A DNA stretch of 39,322 bases from Bugula neritina (taxonomy: Eukaryota > Animalia > Bryozoa), in the NCBI GenBank assembly GCA_964035545.1, contig CAXIUT010000131.1, positions 1 through 39,322 of the forward strand, given 5' to 3'. Both the position numbers and the translations under genes were made by a program. The notes beneath the pieces were generated by a model that had not been told where the DNA came from, ran no database searches, and saw only the letters and a program-made list of their open reading frames with translations. Every line of letters begins with the position of its first letter. Position 1 is the stretch's first letter. Positions 12,939 through 26,885 of this stretch are shown here, in pieces.

Positions 12939-14939
12939 ATGTCAAACCTTTTCCAAAACGGCTGCAACCCTAATGGACAAGTATCTTCCAATCATTTCAA
13001 AAGAGGAATTAATCACATGCAAATGGGTCCAAATCCTGAAAGTCTTCTTAAGGTAGGACCTCAGCAAGGCCATTCTTCATAAGAGTAAATTCTTCAAAGA
13101 GAAATGGCATTTCAGTCAATGAAACAAGGATGGGGTGAAGCAAGTACTATATTAATAACCTAGACAAGGAACATGCAGGTCAAATGATGAATGCAAATAA
13201 TATGATGAATGAACAATACAAACATGCCATGCTTCAAGAACAACATCTAATGATGATGAGACAAAAAGAATGGGAAGGAGCACAGGAGGAAGTTAAACTA
13301 CAATAAATGAAAATGAGAGAATAATTTTAAAGAATGAAAATTGCACAAGAAGCGTCAGATTGGACCAATTAACTGAATATGGAAAACACTTTTTAATAAA
13401 TTAAGGTTTCTAAAGAAGAATAACAAAAAAATATTCATGATAGCTCGTCATCCATGCTTGAAGTCATGATGAATGATCCAGATCCTCGATTTCAAAATTC
13501 TCAATTTTTGCATTTCTTAAAAAGAATAGAAAAAGGAGAAGTAAAGATAGAAGGAAAATAAATAAAATAAGTAAAACCTGATACATAAACTATGAATAAA
13601 GCCTGGGATGAAGCATAACTTATTCATAAATCAAACCTTGCCAACCTTAATCCCACCTTTCAAGAAGCTAAACTTAAATAAGCTTAAGAATCGATGAAAG
13701 CACAATAATAACTTTAAGAAAATTGGCAAAAAAAACTTGAAGATTACTAAAAATAATATGCAAATCAAGCTGATTTTTAGAAACTTTTAGAAGAAAGATA
13801 TATGAACGTACTTCAAGAGATGAATTTTGATCTCACAGAAGCATGGCAAGCATCAACAGATCTATAGTAGCAACTAGTACATGGATAAGTAAAAACATAA
13901 TATCAATTCAATAAATAGAATCCTTATCTTAATGCTTAATTTCCTAAAAATATTGCTCTAGATCTTGTCAATAAAGGAAATAACAACTAAGCAGTTCTTG
14001 CTCTAGAAGCTCATCTTCAAAAACATATGGAAGACGGAGATACCTGGAGAGTATTAGGCAGAATTCTTCAATAGAATGATCAAGACCAAAAGTCAATTCC
14101 TTGTTTCTTAAACTGTCTTAAATTTAACCCAGATAACCTTGATTGCTTACTCAGTTTAGGTATATCATGCACTAATACTCTTGATTAAGTGAAGGCAATG
14201 AATTTCTTAAAGAGATGGATTATGTTAAATCCTAAATATCAAATGAAAGGAATAGATAACATCATTCCAGATTAATTAGTCAATCAACCAACTTATAAAG
14301 TCTAATAAATCAAAAGAATCAATGATCAACTGATTAAAGTTTTTGATGATGCAGCAAAAACTAATCCAAATGATCCATAACTCTTAGCAGCTAGTGCGAT
14401 TCTCTTTTTCATCAAAAGATAGTATGATATATCTATTGACTTGTTCAATAGAGCCCTTAACTTAGATCCTACAAATTATCTACTTATGAATAAAGTAGGT
14501 GCTACTTTAGCTCATCTAGGTAGGGCTGATTAAGCTATCAAATTCTATCATAGAGCTCTTGATATTCGACCCAACTATGTCAGAGTTTGGGTCAATATTG
14601 GAATAGCCTATGCCTTTAAAGGACGTTATGAAGAAGCAGCTAACTTTTACCTAAATGCTCTTTCCTTTAGGCCTGATGCCAAACATATTTGGTCTTATCT
14701 TCATACTTGTTTCCTTTCACTACGTAAATTTAATTTAATTTAGAAAGATATGATTTAATAAGTCAGATATCTTCTCAAAATCCTCATGCATTTAAAGATT
14801 TTGATGTGATAAATCTCAATGACCTTCCTTAACCTTAAATAAAATGTACTTAATAAATAATTTAGATGAAATAACTACCTAGAAACACATTTTAAATAAA
14901 AATGCTGGAACATGGCTTACAGAATTTTCAAATAAGTGA
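12939..14939 (+). CDS. PEX5: Peroxisomal targeting signal 1 receptor (TPR)
   Basis: Conserved N-terminal Cys (NGCNPNG); DPRFQNSQFLHFLK; YQFNKENPY; TPRs WRVLGRILQEND, NKVGATLAHLGRADEAIKFYHRALDIRPNYVRVWVNIG; three 20-nt introns (13144-13163, 14724-14743, 14846-14865). Confidence 0.95.
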
Positions 14940-14999
14940 AAAATGATAAACCTGAACTATTTATCAATCATAAATTTTATTATTTATACCAAATCAATC

Positions 15000-16177
15000 G
15001 AATAATCACAGGTTTATTTTACTTTTTATTTACATAATATACAATATAAACTAAATTATTTTTTAAAACTTAGAACAAAAATATACTTAATAAAACTAAT
15101 ATGAAGATCAGTAGAGTTATTTTAAATACTATAACCTCTAACAAATTTTTCTTAAACAAATAGTATCTACTTTGAACTGAAGGCTGATAAGTTTAATTTA
15201 TTTCTTGTTTTATTTAGTAACCATTCTATTAGATCCTTTTTTCGGATAGCAAATACAATTATTATAACTATTCTACTTCGATTAATAAATAAGGGATTGA
15301 ATTATTACAGTTTATTAATTATAAATAGAAATAATAATAGTATCAACAATCAATTCGTCTAGCTTTAAGTCAATTTATTCTATTTTTATCTACAATAATA
15401 GTAAATTTTTGTTATAAAATAAAAAAGAGCCAAACCACATATCGAAATTATTTAAATAATAAAAATAATTTAAAATATTTTTAATCTTTTTTAATAAATT
15501 ATATGTTGCCAATATTCATTTTTTTTATTTGTATTTGCTTAATTGTTTATTTAAGCTGTTTTACCCGTCATAGTTGTAAATGACTATTTATCAGCAGTCA
15601 AAGTAATATTATTTTATTTTAAATATAAAATAATATGATCTTGTATTTTTTAGTTAAGAGGGATTTAAATAAATGAAATAATACCTCCGACTATTAATAG
15701 TATGAATAAGATAATGCCTAGTAACTGATAGATAAATAGTCCCCTTTCCTTTCCTTCCCATATATTTTTCCAACATGTACAACAGCAACCAGAATGGCTT
15801 TAATTTATTTAATTTTATTCTTTAAAAATATATTGAGAATTTTTCACTTTTTTGTTTGGATAAACTTAGATTTATAAATATTATGTTTGTTTCTTTTACT
15901 TCTCAGGATGATTTTTGTTAGTATGATTTGATAAAAGATCCTATTTGTATTTTTGTTATGAGGGTTTAGGAGGAGTTTGATTTTCTTTTCTTTTGTTTTT
16001 ATCAAAAAAGTTTTGTGAAGAGGGTGGAACTTAGTCTTTAGAAATATCTCTATCATGATGAGATTTATATTTTTTGCCTGCTTTATTAGGAACTTAAGCT
16101 TTTTTTCTAAGCTATTGTTATTTCTCTACTTATTCAGTATTTTTTCCGTTGTTTCTATTGTTTTGAGGTCCTATCAT
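15000..16177 (-). CDS. Hypothetical type II membrane protein (3' end approximate)
   Basis: Charged N-terminus from ATG 16177, Cys cluster GCCCTCW, then a hydrophobic segment LLGIILFILLIVGGIISF. Confidence 0.45.
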
Positions 16178-16899
16178 TGTTTTATTTTTGGAATCTTTGA
16201 ACTATTATTATAATTGCCCTCCAATTTGACACAAATAAGTTGAATTATAGAATTTTAAAAAAATCATGAATAACTATCATTTAAACTCTTATCAAATGTC
16301 TATGATCAACTTCATTCGTTCATAAATGTTTTCAAAACCTTTTTATACCTTTTCCTTTTTAACCTTAATATCCTCTTCGATCGATTACTGCTCAGTTACT
16401 AACTATCTTCTAAATCCTCCAAATTATCAACAGACATACTCTACTTCCTTTAGCTAAAGAAAAAACCTTTCTTTCTGTTTACTAAGTTATTATATTATCT
16501 TTCATCTCCTTTTAGACAAAATAAAGTTCTACAACAAGTGAATACTTTTTTAAACTACTAACTTTAAAATAGGTGTATAAAAGGAACTTATTTTTTGCTA
16601 TTTCTCTTAAAGCATGATCTTATTAAATGAAAATATTCAACTTTTATCATTGATTCTTTAAAAATATTTATGTACTTGATTATTTTGACCTTCCTAAATT
16701 ACATTTAGAATTGGTAATTACTTTACTTTTTAATAGAAGATTACGATATTGCTCTGGTATGAAAATAAAATTCTTCTCATACCATCCAAAACTGTAGTTT
16801 TTTCAATGTTAGAGACCTGTTTTTTAGATAGAAAGAGAGTTTTAAATTATACCAAGAAATAAACTTTGCAGTAAGAATTTATAGATCAACAATCTAATC

Positions 16900-18749
16900 A
16901 TATTTATTAATTTTATCACTTGATTTTTTAGAAGAGTAGTAGATACAGTCATAGCAGATAAATAATAGAATTTATCTTTAAAAATATAGAATTATTTAAT
17001 TTCGAAATATCAGAAATTATCTTATTTAGAGTTGTATTAAGAGGAACCATAATAGAATTAAAATTAGAATTCTTGATGAATTTATTTATTGTAAAGATTG
17101 AATTATAAGGCTAAATATTACATTTGAAGTCTACTTCCTCTTTGTTAGAAGCATAAAGTATGGGGTATTATTTTATTTTCAATCTTTATCTCTTAATTTC
17201 AATAAATATATTATGATACCAAACGACTAACCTTCCCTTCTGAATCCGAATACAACATCATGAAATTTTCAAGAGATTTAAGACCATCAGTCTGCCTGTC
17301 GATAATATCCAACATATTCTCTTGATATAAATTATTATTAAACACCATCAGGATCGATTCCATTCTCTTTAGAAGAGTTGCTGCCAGAATCAGATTAAAC
17401 TATATAATTCTTGCAAGCAAATTTACAATTTTGATAGCGATTTATTGTTTCATCTATTTAAATAAATAAATTATCATTTATGTAGTTTGATTTAGCTATT
17501 TAGAATAAATTCTATAAAAATAAATCAAGAAATAGTCAAACAATTGCTTCAATTACCCTTATCAACTTTTAAATAGAATATTTTTAGTTAATATTTCATA
17601 ATATTGATTTTTCATAACCTCTGTGATGATTTTTAAATCTTTAAATATCATTTCTAAGAGTTTTATCAAGCAATGGCTTCAAACTACTAACAAATGTATA
17701 TTATTCTAACATATTATCACCAGAAGGATTCATTTGATGCTACTAAAAATCCTCCTTAGCCTTCTTAAGAATATAAAACCTTTATTTTTGTTTTCATTTT
17801 GTATTTCTAATTTTTGACTTTTTTTTTCAATAACAGCTGATTCAATAGTGAATTATTTAATATTTTGATATCATAATTTTTTTAAAAACTTAATATTAAG
17901 TTATTCATTCTTTTATTTTATTGTGATTTTTGTAAAGCTATTTTTTCTATTTAAAAACAGCTATTTAAACGATCATGATATTTTTCTCTTATTTGAATTT
18001 TTAAAACTAACTCTTTTTCTTGCATATGTAAAGGCTAGAAATAAACATTACAAGATGATATGGTACACCATCTTTACATCAGTATCTTCTTCAATCATAA
18101 AACACTATTTGGATAAGATAAATTAATGATATATATTGATTTTCCTTCTTTCTAGAAGTAGATTTTTGATATTTTTGTAAAGTTTATTTCCAAATGGAAA
18201 ACCTCGCTGCAAAATTTTGGATAATAAGAAAGATAAAAAATTAAAAAAGCTATGTTTTTGAGTTGTATGAGTTAGATAATATTTAAGCTGAGTTTAATTA
18301 TATAATAGATTGAACACCATCAATTATCTGGGAAATTATACAAATAAAAATACCGTCTATCATTTAACTTTGATGATTTAAGGGTCCTCTTGCTCTTAAA
18401 AATTAAGATATTGTGATACTTACTGGTCCTATTATGACCAACTATTTGTTTTACTACTGGATTTCGCTGAAGCCACAGCGCTCCCCGATTCACGTTTTTT
18501 ATTTAAATGAAATCTTTTAGCCTTTTCTTTTAAAATAAGCTTTATTTTAGAACTTTTAACATTCTATTCAGTTTTTTCCATTTGACGGCTTGAGATACGC
18601 TTTAACATAGATCCATTGATAGTTTTATGGATAAAGTAAGCTTTGATGTCTTCTGGGGTTCCTCGAATGTGTAAGTGTTCGAGTTAGCTTGTAGGATGAC
18701 AGTATTGACTCCACCTTTCTACATCAAGAAAGATATTTTCTGAATTCAT
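16900..18749 (-). CDS. One or more hypothetical proteins (structure unresolved)
   Basis: Clean open frame from ATG 18749 (MNSENIFLDVERWSQYCHP...) for about 130 codons; downstream coding-like sequence could not be joined confidently. Confidence 0.3.
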
Positions 18750-19364
18750 TTCTTCTACTGTATTAAAATATATTGAAAACAACGCATTGACATGTAGCTA
18801 AATTAAATTTGATTTCGGGTACAATCTTTTTCTTTATCCTTTACCAATAAAAAACATCTCAAAAGAATCCTAATCCCTTCAACAACATTCTGTGAACTGT
18901 TTATCTTTTATTATTTTATTAATGACCCTTGATGAGTCTTCCATCATACATATGGCTCCTTGGTATAACTTTTAAAGCTACAAAGACAGTAGTATGTATG
19001 ACTAGAGGGAGATAAGTATCGATAATTGTTTGACAATGTTCTTCTGAATGAAAGTAATAGTAGTTTGTTAAAACTTCGAGAATGGTTTACTTAGAAGATT
19101 CGATCGAACTAATAAAATATAATTTTGGATAGAAGAACTTACAATCATATTTCAAAAATTATGATCATGTCATCCGATTTTTAAATGAATAATATTCAAA
19201 AAACTTATTCACATTCAAGCATCAAAAGACTGATAATAATAACCAATGTTTCATATTGATACCAAAATGATTTTTTTAAATAGAGAATCAAAAAATGAAG
19301 TATTGTATTCTATAAATTATTAGTATTCTTCTTATATATTATATTCTTTAATATTCTTCTACAT

Positions 19365-19438
19365 GGGGTTGGGGTTGGGGTTGGGGTTGGGGTTGGGGTT
19401 GGGGGTTGGGGTTGGGGTTGGGGTTGGGGTTGGGGTTG
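19365..19438 (+). repeat. Internal telomeric tract (GGGGTT)n, 74 nt
   Basis: G4T2 repeats with one G5 variant. Confidence 0.95.
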
Positions 19439-20095
19439 AGAAAAAACAAACTGATAAATCCATTCTCTAAGGAAAACTTCATATACTCAATCAAAAATGC
19501 TAGTCTAATAGAAAAAAGCTAAAATATATAAAACAAAAGTCTTTAAAATCAATCAAATCAAAGAATAGTACAAAAAACATAAGTAAGATGTAAAAATATC
19601 ATAATTTAGATTTAGAATCGTCAAGCCTTTGATATATAGGCTAAATCACAAAAACTTAAAAGAGAAAAAACACTAAGAGATCAATCTAAAGATAACATGA
19701 ATACAATTAGAAGTTTAATAGCCAGATAAAAAAGTCAAGAATACCTAAAAGTAAAATAAAAACAAAAAATAAATCACATGAGAATAACACAATCAATTAA
19801 AAAGTCCCTCCATGAAAAGCGCCAGAAATCTTTGGAAGTAAAATTAAAAGAATAATCATCACGTTTATCAAGAACAATATATTTCTAAAAGAAAAAAATG
19901 GCAACTAGACTAAAATCTTAAGACTAACTCATACCAATCGAAGCAAGTACTAAAAGAACTCGCTTTATGATATCATAAATGTAGATGTTATAGCGTGAGA
20001 TGACTCTAAGGCTTCGTACAACTCGTTAGAGTTTAAGTAATTCTAAGTAAATCTTTTCTTAATATAGATTATCTTTTAAAAAGACAATTAGATGA
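19439..20095 (+). CDS. Hypothetical basic coiled-coil protein; 5' end hidden by the telomeric tract
   Basis: Coding-like sequence starts immediately after the tract and ends at TGA 20093; one intron or frameshift near 19600; a possible ATG at 19363 abuts the tract. Confidence 0.45.
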
Positions 20096-20124
20096 ATAAA
20101 AAATGATATGATTTTCTATCACTT

Positions 20125-20558
20125 TCATTTCTTACCTTTCTTTGGATTTTTAGCCTATTATTCTTATTTTAACCTTTTTTATTCTTTAGCTTTCTAAATC
20201 TTTTCTTTTTGCTCTTGAATTTATTTCTTAACTCCATCTAATTCGATATTTAATTGTTAATTTTCTTTCTTGACTTATCCAATTTAATTTTTAATTGCAT
20301 CTTGTTCTGTTGTATCTGGAGTAAGTGCTCCAAAATAGTCTTTGAACATTTCTAAAGCATCTGAATTAGGAACACTTTCATCGTGCTCCTGTTTAGCTCT
20401 GAGTCCGAATAAGACTAAATTAAAGATTTAATACATTTAACAAAATGTTGAATGGTTCCACTTTCAACTAGATATTACTTGAACCTTTTGATTTATTTTT
20501 GTTGTTTATTTCCTTCTGATAGAATTTGTTATTCTTATTCGTAGTCAATACTTTACAT
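20125..20558 (-). CDS. MYCBP/AMY-1-like coiled-coil protein, 137 aa
   Basis: RFKEYLVESGTIQHFVKFLFGL...DALEMFKDYFGA then a coiled coil; a 20-nt intron at 20415-20434 restores the frame exactly. Confidence 0.7.
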
Positions 20559-20598
20559 ATTTAAGTTACAATTATTATTAATATCAAATTATAAATTA

Positions 20599-22907
20599 TC
20601 AACAAGTTGAAAATCTTGGAATCAGCTTTAATTCTTTATTAAATTTGATAGCCAACTTCACTAATTCTTTAGGATTTGACTTTTTAAAATAATACTCATA
20701 ATCATGAGGGAAATCACAGTCAAATTCGTTCGTTTCATTTTGAAAAGGTTTGGCTACAACTTAGTCATCAATCCTTCTATTTTTCTTTTAATGTTTGATC
20801 GTATTCTTACGACTTAGATGTTTCGATGGCTGATGAAATTTAAAAAATGAAATTTCCAATATTCTCTATATTGGCACAAACACACTATTCCAATATTTAA
20901 GAGGAGATACTTTAGAATGTTTGTTTTTATTATATCTTGCATAGCTAAGATAATCTCTCAAGTCACTTTGAAATTCTTTTTGACTCATTGTAACCTTGTA
21001 AATAGTTATTTTAAATGGCTGAACTAGATTGTTTCATAAATACTATAGATTTAAAGGGCATATATGTAATTTTAGGACATCTAAAGATAGAATGTTTTTA
21101 ATGGCACTAATTACATGTTTTGAAAGTCCAATCTTCTTCAATAGCTGCATCGGGGTTGGGGTTGGGGTTGGGGTTGGGGTTGGGGTTGGGGTTGGGGTTG
21201 GGGTTGGGGTTGGGTTGGGGTTGGGGTTGGGAGCAATATTACAAAATGTTTAACAAATAAGTGAATAATTTATTTTTTTACTTCTATTCAATAAAAATGG
21301 ATTCAATAAATAGGATTTTCACTCTCATCATCTTCAACCACGATCTTGTCCATTATTAGTCCATTATTTGATGCATTTTTCTTTTTATACCCCATACCAA
21401 CTGAACCTATCCGAAGAATAAATACTTTTGTTGATGATACTCGCTTAGGAGTCACATACTAACCAGGTGAAAATATCTAAAAGTTTACTATCTATATCAA
21501 ATTCTTTTTTGTACTAGAATGAAGAACAGAAATAAAAGGCATCTGACCAAAAAAAGTTTGACTATTTTGCTATAAAAACTATGATTTAAGATTGAGAGGT
21601 AATTTATTTATCAATGTTTTTCTTTATTCCATTTAATATTGAAATTTAACCTAGCTAGAATGAATTAAAAAATCTGCAATCGATCGATGTAGTTTATTAC
21701 TTATTTTAGATACATCAGCTATTCTTTTCAATATTCTCAATTATTTTTGTAATTAATCATGTCTTTGCTGCAAATTCATAAAAATATTAGCCACTTGAGA
21801 AATATTATAAGATAAAATCAAACATCCAAAAATCATCACACATGTTACCACCATTGCCTCAGCATTGTTAGATACTGTTATATCACCAAAACCAACTGTA
21901 GATATTATAGTAACTCCCCAATATATACTAAAAACATATTTATTAAACCAACCTTCAGAAAATATTCCATACTTTATCATCCAGTTATTGTCTGGATATA
22001 GAAGAGCAAGAGCAAGAAATATTGAACCGATGAGATGAGCAAGAAAGAAATTAACTAGAAATATTCTTATCAAAGCAAGATACTGTCTCTTAGTATTACC
22101 AATAGTAATATGACTGCTTATTATTTCATCTATTCTATCTCGTAAACTTATTTTTATTAAACTTATAAATAATGCAAAAACAGCTGGAAATACCTCATCA
22201 TTTCTTCTAATTAGGAGTATAATTGAGACTAAGAAGAGCAGATCTATGATAAAAACCATAGAAAAAATATAATAAAGAATTATGCGCTCTAATTTAACTA
22301 ATCTATAACCATAAACTGTAGTAGTTTGAACACTTAAGTTAGTCACTATTCGAATCAACATGATCAAAAGACAAACATATTAAGTTGCAAAAACCCATTG
22401 CTAAGAACTTTATTTCAATCTGAAGTCTTAAAGAAGGCATTGAAAAGAAGATAAGATTTGTATGAAAATCAAACAAATAAAGGTCAGAAGACTAATAATA
22501 AGTTTAAACTATTTGTTTAAATGAAAACCTTATAAGATAGTAATTTATTTTTAACTTGATAATAGTGCTATTCTAGATATATGATTTGATATGTTTTATT
22601 AAGATTGTTCAATTTCTTGTCTAGCTTTATTAGTAAATTGATTTCTTTTTAATTTATTTATAAACAATTTTACTTTATCTTGAACATGCAATTTTTTAAT
22701 AACTGATCTTAATTTCTACATCTAAGTTATTTTTTTATTCTGATATTCTTATTCTTCTTGACTATATCTTTTACTATCTTTTGGTTTACTTTTAAATGAA
22801 GTAAAAAGATTAGCATAATGCCTCTCTTCAGTGTTCTTTTTTATCATCGATACATTCCTCTAATAGTTTCTCTATCGCTAATAATTAGATCTATTTTCAT
22901 TTTGCAT
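20599..22907 (-). CDS. Cyclic-nucleotide-binding-domain K+/cation channel, interrupted by a telomeric tract
   Basis: Pore YWGVTIISTVGFGDI, C-linker, CNBD (IFSPGE, FILRIGSV, YSLICETFCNIA); left of the tract CxxC-H-CP and FD...YYF motifs typical of ciliate channels; one frameshift near 21317. Confidence 0.85.
21152..21231 (+). repeat. Internal telomeric tract (GGGGTT)n, 80 nt
   Basis: G4T2 repeats with one G3 variant, inside the channel CDS. Confidence 0.95.
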
Positions 22908-23026
22908 TTTCAAATCAATTAAAATAATCTAATATTTGATAAAGATTCAAAAAAAGAATATATTTAATAAAAATCGATCAAAATAGTAAATTAATCAATT
23001 TTTCTGTTGTAGTTATAATTAAATAA

Positions 23027-23907
23027 ATGGGAAATAGTAAATCACTATATTCAAAACATGAACTTCTTTACTATCATATCGAAAGAAAAGATATACCCAA
23101 CATCATAAAACAGATATAATCACATCCATAAATCATAAATGATGTCATCGTTAAAGAAAACAAACAAACTGCACTCATGAGAGCTTCATATAACGGAAAT
23201 ATTTAGATCGTTAAAATGCTTCTAGCACTCAAAGCTAATCCCAATCAAGTCACTCCCAAAGGATAAACTGCCCTATCAATTGCTGTCAAAAGAAATCATA
23301 TAGAAATCACATAAATTTTAATCAATTATTAAGCATCAGTCAACCATACCTCTCCTCAGGGATTTAGAATTATTGATTATGCTATACTAGGAGGATACTA
23401 TGAAATAGCACTATTAATCTTTAAAAGACTTGATAATAAAGATAGGGAAAGCATCTAAGATCCATCTTTTTATGAAAAAGAAGGAAAAAAATATGCCTAT
23501 CGTTATGTAAACTATCAACAATTTCTTTAAGGGCTTGCTCTAAATAAATAACCAAGCTAAATGCCAAACTTCTTAAAAAAAGAGAAAAAGAAGTTAAATG
23601 ATCCTGTAGTGGATCCAAGAGAAACATGGAAACAATGGTTTAAAAGACAATTGGACTTTAAAGATGCTCCTTTAGTTGAAAGAAATTCTCTACCTTAGAA
23701 TCTTCAACCTCAAAACAGAGTGTTTGGGATAATTCATCACTATACTAATAACTCTATGAGTACTCATCTTAGTCAAAAAACAACCTTAAAACCTAAAAAA
23801 CAAGAATTCATGTATAAATCATTTAATATAGATCTTAAATGCGAGAAATGAACTAAAATAAAAAAGAAACTGAAGAAATATTTCAAGAGCCAACAATAGA
23901 AGCCTGA
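23027..23907 (+). CDS. N-myristoylated ankyrin repeat protein
   Basis: MGNSKS; TALMRASYNGNIEIVKMLL; GETALSIAVKRNHIEITEILI; 20-nt intron at 23812-23831. Confidence 0.88.
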
Positions 23908-24493
23908 TTATTGAAAAAATATACCTTTTTATATCATAAATATTTTTAAAAAACAATAATTTTATTCAAATTATTTTCTATAAACTTAGAAAATCACTCA
24001 ATATTATCGAATTATCTTATTTCATTACTTTAATCCTTATATTATAACTTTTTCCAATTATTTCCGATTAATACTTACAAATTATAAATGAATGAAGAAG
24101 AATATCATATTAAATGATTTTTTTTTTTTATCATATGAAACTAATCTCTTAATTATAATAACTAATCAAATAAATAAATCAAATAAAAAAACTTCTTAAT
24201 AATGGTCTTATAAACCTTTATTGTAATTAATATATCTCATATTAACTAAGCTTTTGACTTCTATTTGAAACTTTTGAAAAGTAAATAAAAAAATCAACAA
24301 AGTTCCATAAAAATATTGTTTAAATAATAATCACCTCCTATTGAATCTTGAATATCTTATTTTTATCAGTCATATCTCAACTAGATTTCCTAAATGATAA
24401 TTTTTAATAACTCTCTAATTTTTTTCTGCTAGTAAGCTTTGAATTGAAAGTGGAAAATCCAGTGCCGAACTCTATTTTAATTAATCTTCTGCA

Positions 24494-25857
24494 ATGGGAA
24501 AAAAGCTCGCTTCTAAGAGAAAATGCATAGTTGATTGCGAAAATAGTGAAGACTAGGTCAATAAAGTTAAAAAACACTCTGATTTTTCTATATCTGAGAA
24601 AAGCTATCTCAAATTCTTTTAATTTCTAAAAGAACTCCATGCTTCTTAACCACACCTAAGAGTAAACTAAACTCATCTTGAAGCTTCTCTTAACATGATT
24701 ACCAACTCCATCATGAACTTTTTCAACTATTAAAAATTCTACACACAGAAACAACTCCAATGTTCAACCATATGTTTAGCTAATCTATTCAACGTAATTG
24801 GATAGAATATCACCAGACTAACTTTCTAAAGATAGTTTGTTGCGAAATTAAGAAAACTAATTAGTGATTTAGCAGAAGAACCAGAACAAATAGGTTTTCA
24901 AGAAAAAGTTCAGGCAATCCTTTACATTTTAGTGATTTTGATCTACAAATAGAGGGTAGGAGATGTAAGAAGCATCCGTGAAATCAATAAGTTTATTTTT
25001 AGCGATAAACTTTTAGTTAAATCCTTGCTTTAAATATCTCTACCTATTTAGAAAAAGGTTGGAAAATTTTATGGAATAGTAATCATATACTTATCGAATA
25101 AAAAAAATAACATTAAATTAAGAAACAAATAATCAAAAGTATCTTTATCAATTTCTCGAGAATAAACCACTAACATACTTTCCTAAATCTTTTGATCTAT
25201 CTCCGAAGCTAAAAAAATAAAATCAGTATAAACTTAAAAGATGTAAATGATGGCAACATATTTGAACTTCTTATTCGAGCATATCCTAAAAATATACATC
25301 AATACCAGTCCTTTTATATTTTAGACTATCTTCATCATCTCTTAGTATTGTTTCCATCACTAGCTCTACAAGTAAATAATACAAGATTTATTCCTTATCT
25401 TCTAGAAACAGCAGATCCTAACAATCTTCATCACCCTCTACACTAATCAACCATCATCTTTTTCATTAAATCGACTCTCAAATATTTAGAAACCAACGAA
25501 AATCATAATCTTATGGAAGAAATAATAAAAATCTAACCACCAAATCATTATATAGCCATAAAAGTTCTGCAAATGATCCTTGAATTTGAAATAGAACCCT
25601 CTCAATTGGTTAATTTTGCCTTAAAAGGATATTTTAACAGACTAATAGAAGTAATTTGTAAAGATGAAGAAGATGGAATTAAAAAAAGAGCAATATAACT
25701 TTATTTAAAGGTTGTCTAAAAGATATAGATAATAGCAAAACCAATCGCCTAATTTACTTTCTTTAAGCTTAAAGATAGGGTTTCTTATTTAAATAACTCA
25801 ATATTCTTGTCTATGTTATCTTCATTTAATATGAAGATGAATAGATAACTGATTTGA
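24494..25857 (+). CDS. Hypothetical helical (ARM/importin-alpha-like) repeat protein (3' end approximate)
   Basis: Long coding frame from ATG 24494 with Leu/Ile-rich amphipathic helices; family assignment weak. Confidence 0.45.
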
Positions 25858-25982
25858 ATCACTAATTTGAGTATATTAAAATTTTAATATTAGTCTTATT
25901 TGATTCTTATATAATGATCTACCTTTTTATCATATTTATTTAATTAAATATCTCTATTTTATCATATTTTAATTTACCATAA

Positions 25983-26885
25983 ATGGCCTTTGTCAAAGTC
26001 GTCAAAAACAAATCATATTTCATGAGATATCAGACCAAATTCAGAAGAAGACACATGGGAAAAACTGACTACTTCGCTAGAAAAAGACTCATTCAACAAG
26101 ACAAGGATAAATATAACACCCCCAAATACAGACTCGTTGTCAGACTCACCTCAACAAGAGTTATTGCCCAAGTTGTTTACGCTACCATCCAAGGAGATAA
26201 AGTCTTTTGTGCTGCTGATTCTAATGAACTCAGAAGATTTGGACTTACTGCTGGACTCAACAACTTTGCATCATCTTATGCTACTGGTCTCCTCGTCGCT
26301 AGAAGACTCCTTAAAAAGGTCGGACTTGATGCCATGTACAGCGGAAACACAGCTATTGAAAAGAACTATGATGTAGGAAATGATGAAAAAGAAAGAAGAC
26401 CTTTCAAGGTTATCCTTGATGTTGGATTGAAAGCAACATCTACTGGATCTAAAGTTTTTTCAGTCCTTAAGGGAGTTGCTGATGGAGGTGTCCTTATTCC
26501 TCACTCTAATAATAGATTCGCAGGATACAAATAAGACAAACCCGATGCAGATAATAAGGTTCTTAGAGAAAGAGTTCTTGGTTGCCACGTTGATAAATAT
26601 CTTAAAGCTCTTAAGGGAACTGAAAAAGAAACTGTTCAATTCAAAAGATGGATCGAATGCTTGAAAACTAGCGGAGCTAAATCCATTGAAGAACTTTACA
26701 AAAAAGTTCATGCTGAAATCAGAAAGAACCCTGATCACGTTAAAAAAGCTTGCAAGCAAAATCCAAAGAGAGATCACTCCAAAAACTATAAGAAAAAGCT
26801 TACTAACAAGCAAAGAAAAGACAACGTAAGAAGAAAGATTTAGATCAGACAAAAAGAACTCGCTAAACTTGCTAAAAAGAAATGA
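25983..26885 (+). CDS. RPL5: 60S ribosomal protein L5 (uL18), 300 aa, intronless
   Basis: MAFVKVVKNKSYF...GKTDYFARKRLIQQDKDKYNTPKYRLVVR...GVADGGVLIPHS; two ORF-track fragments join in one frame through TAA 26532 and TAG 26841 to TGA 26883. Confidence 0.97.

Noticed and set aside
16277-16900. Possible + strand gene with an in-frame TGA near 16540
   Set aside because: No recognisable motif and no consistent exon structure, so neither a gene call nor readthrough can be supported.
21029-21253. ORF-track protein with a (GV)n repeat
   Set aside because: It is a translation of telomeric repeat on the strand opposite the channel gene.
21944-21958. TAAACCAACCTTCAG resembling the Tetrahymena chromosome breakage sequence
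   Set aside because: It mismatches the conserved C at position 12, lies within channel coding sequence (EGWFN), is about 700 nt from the nearest tract, and I saw nothing similar beside the other tracts.
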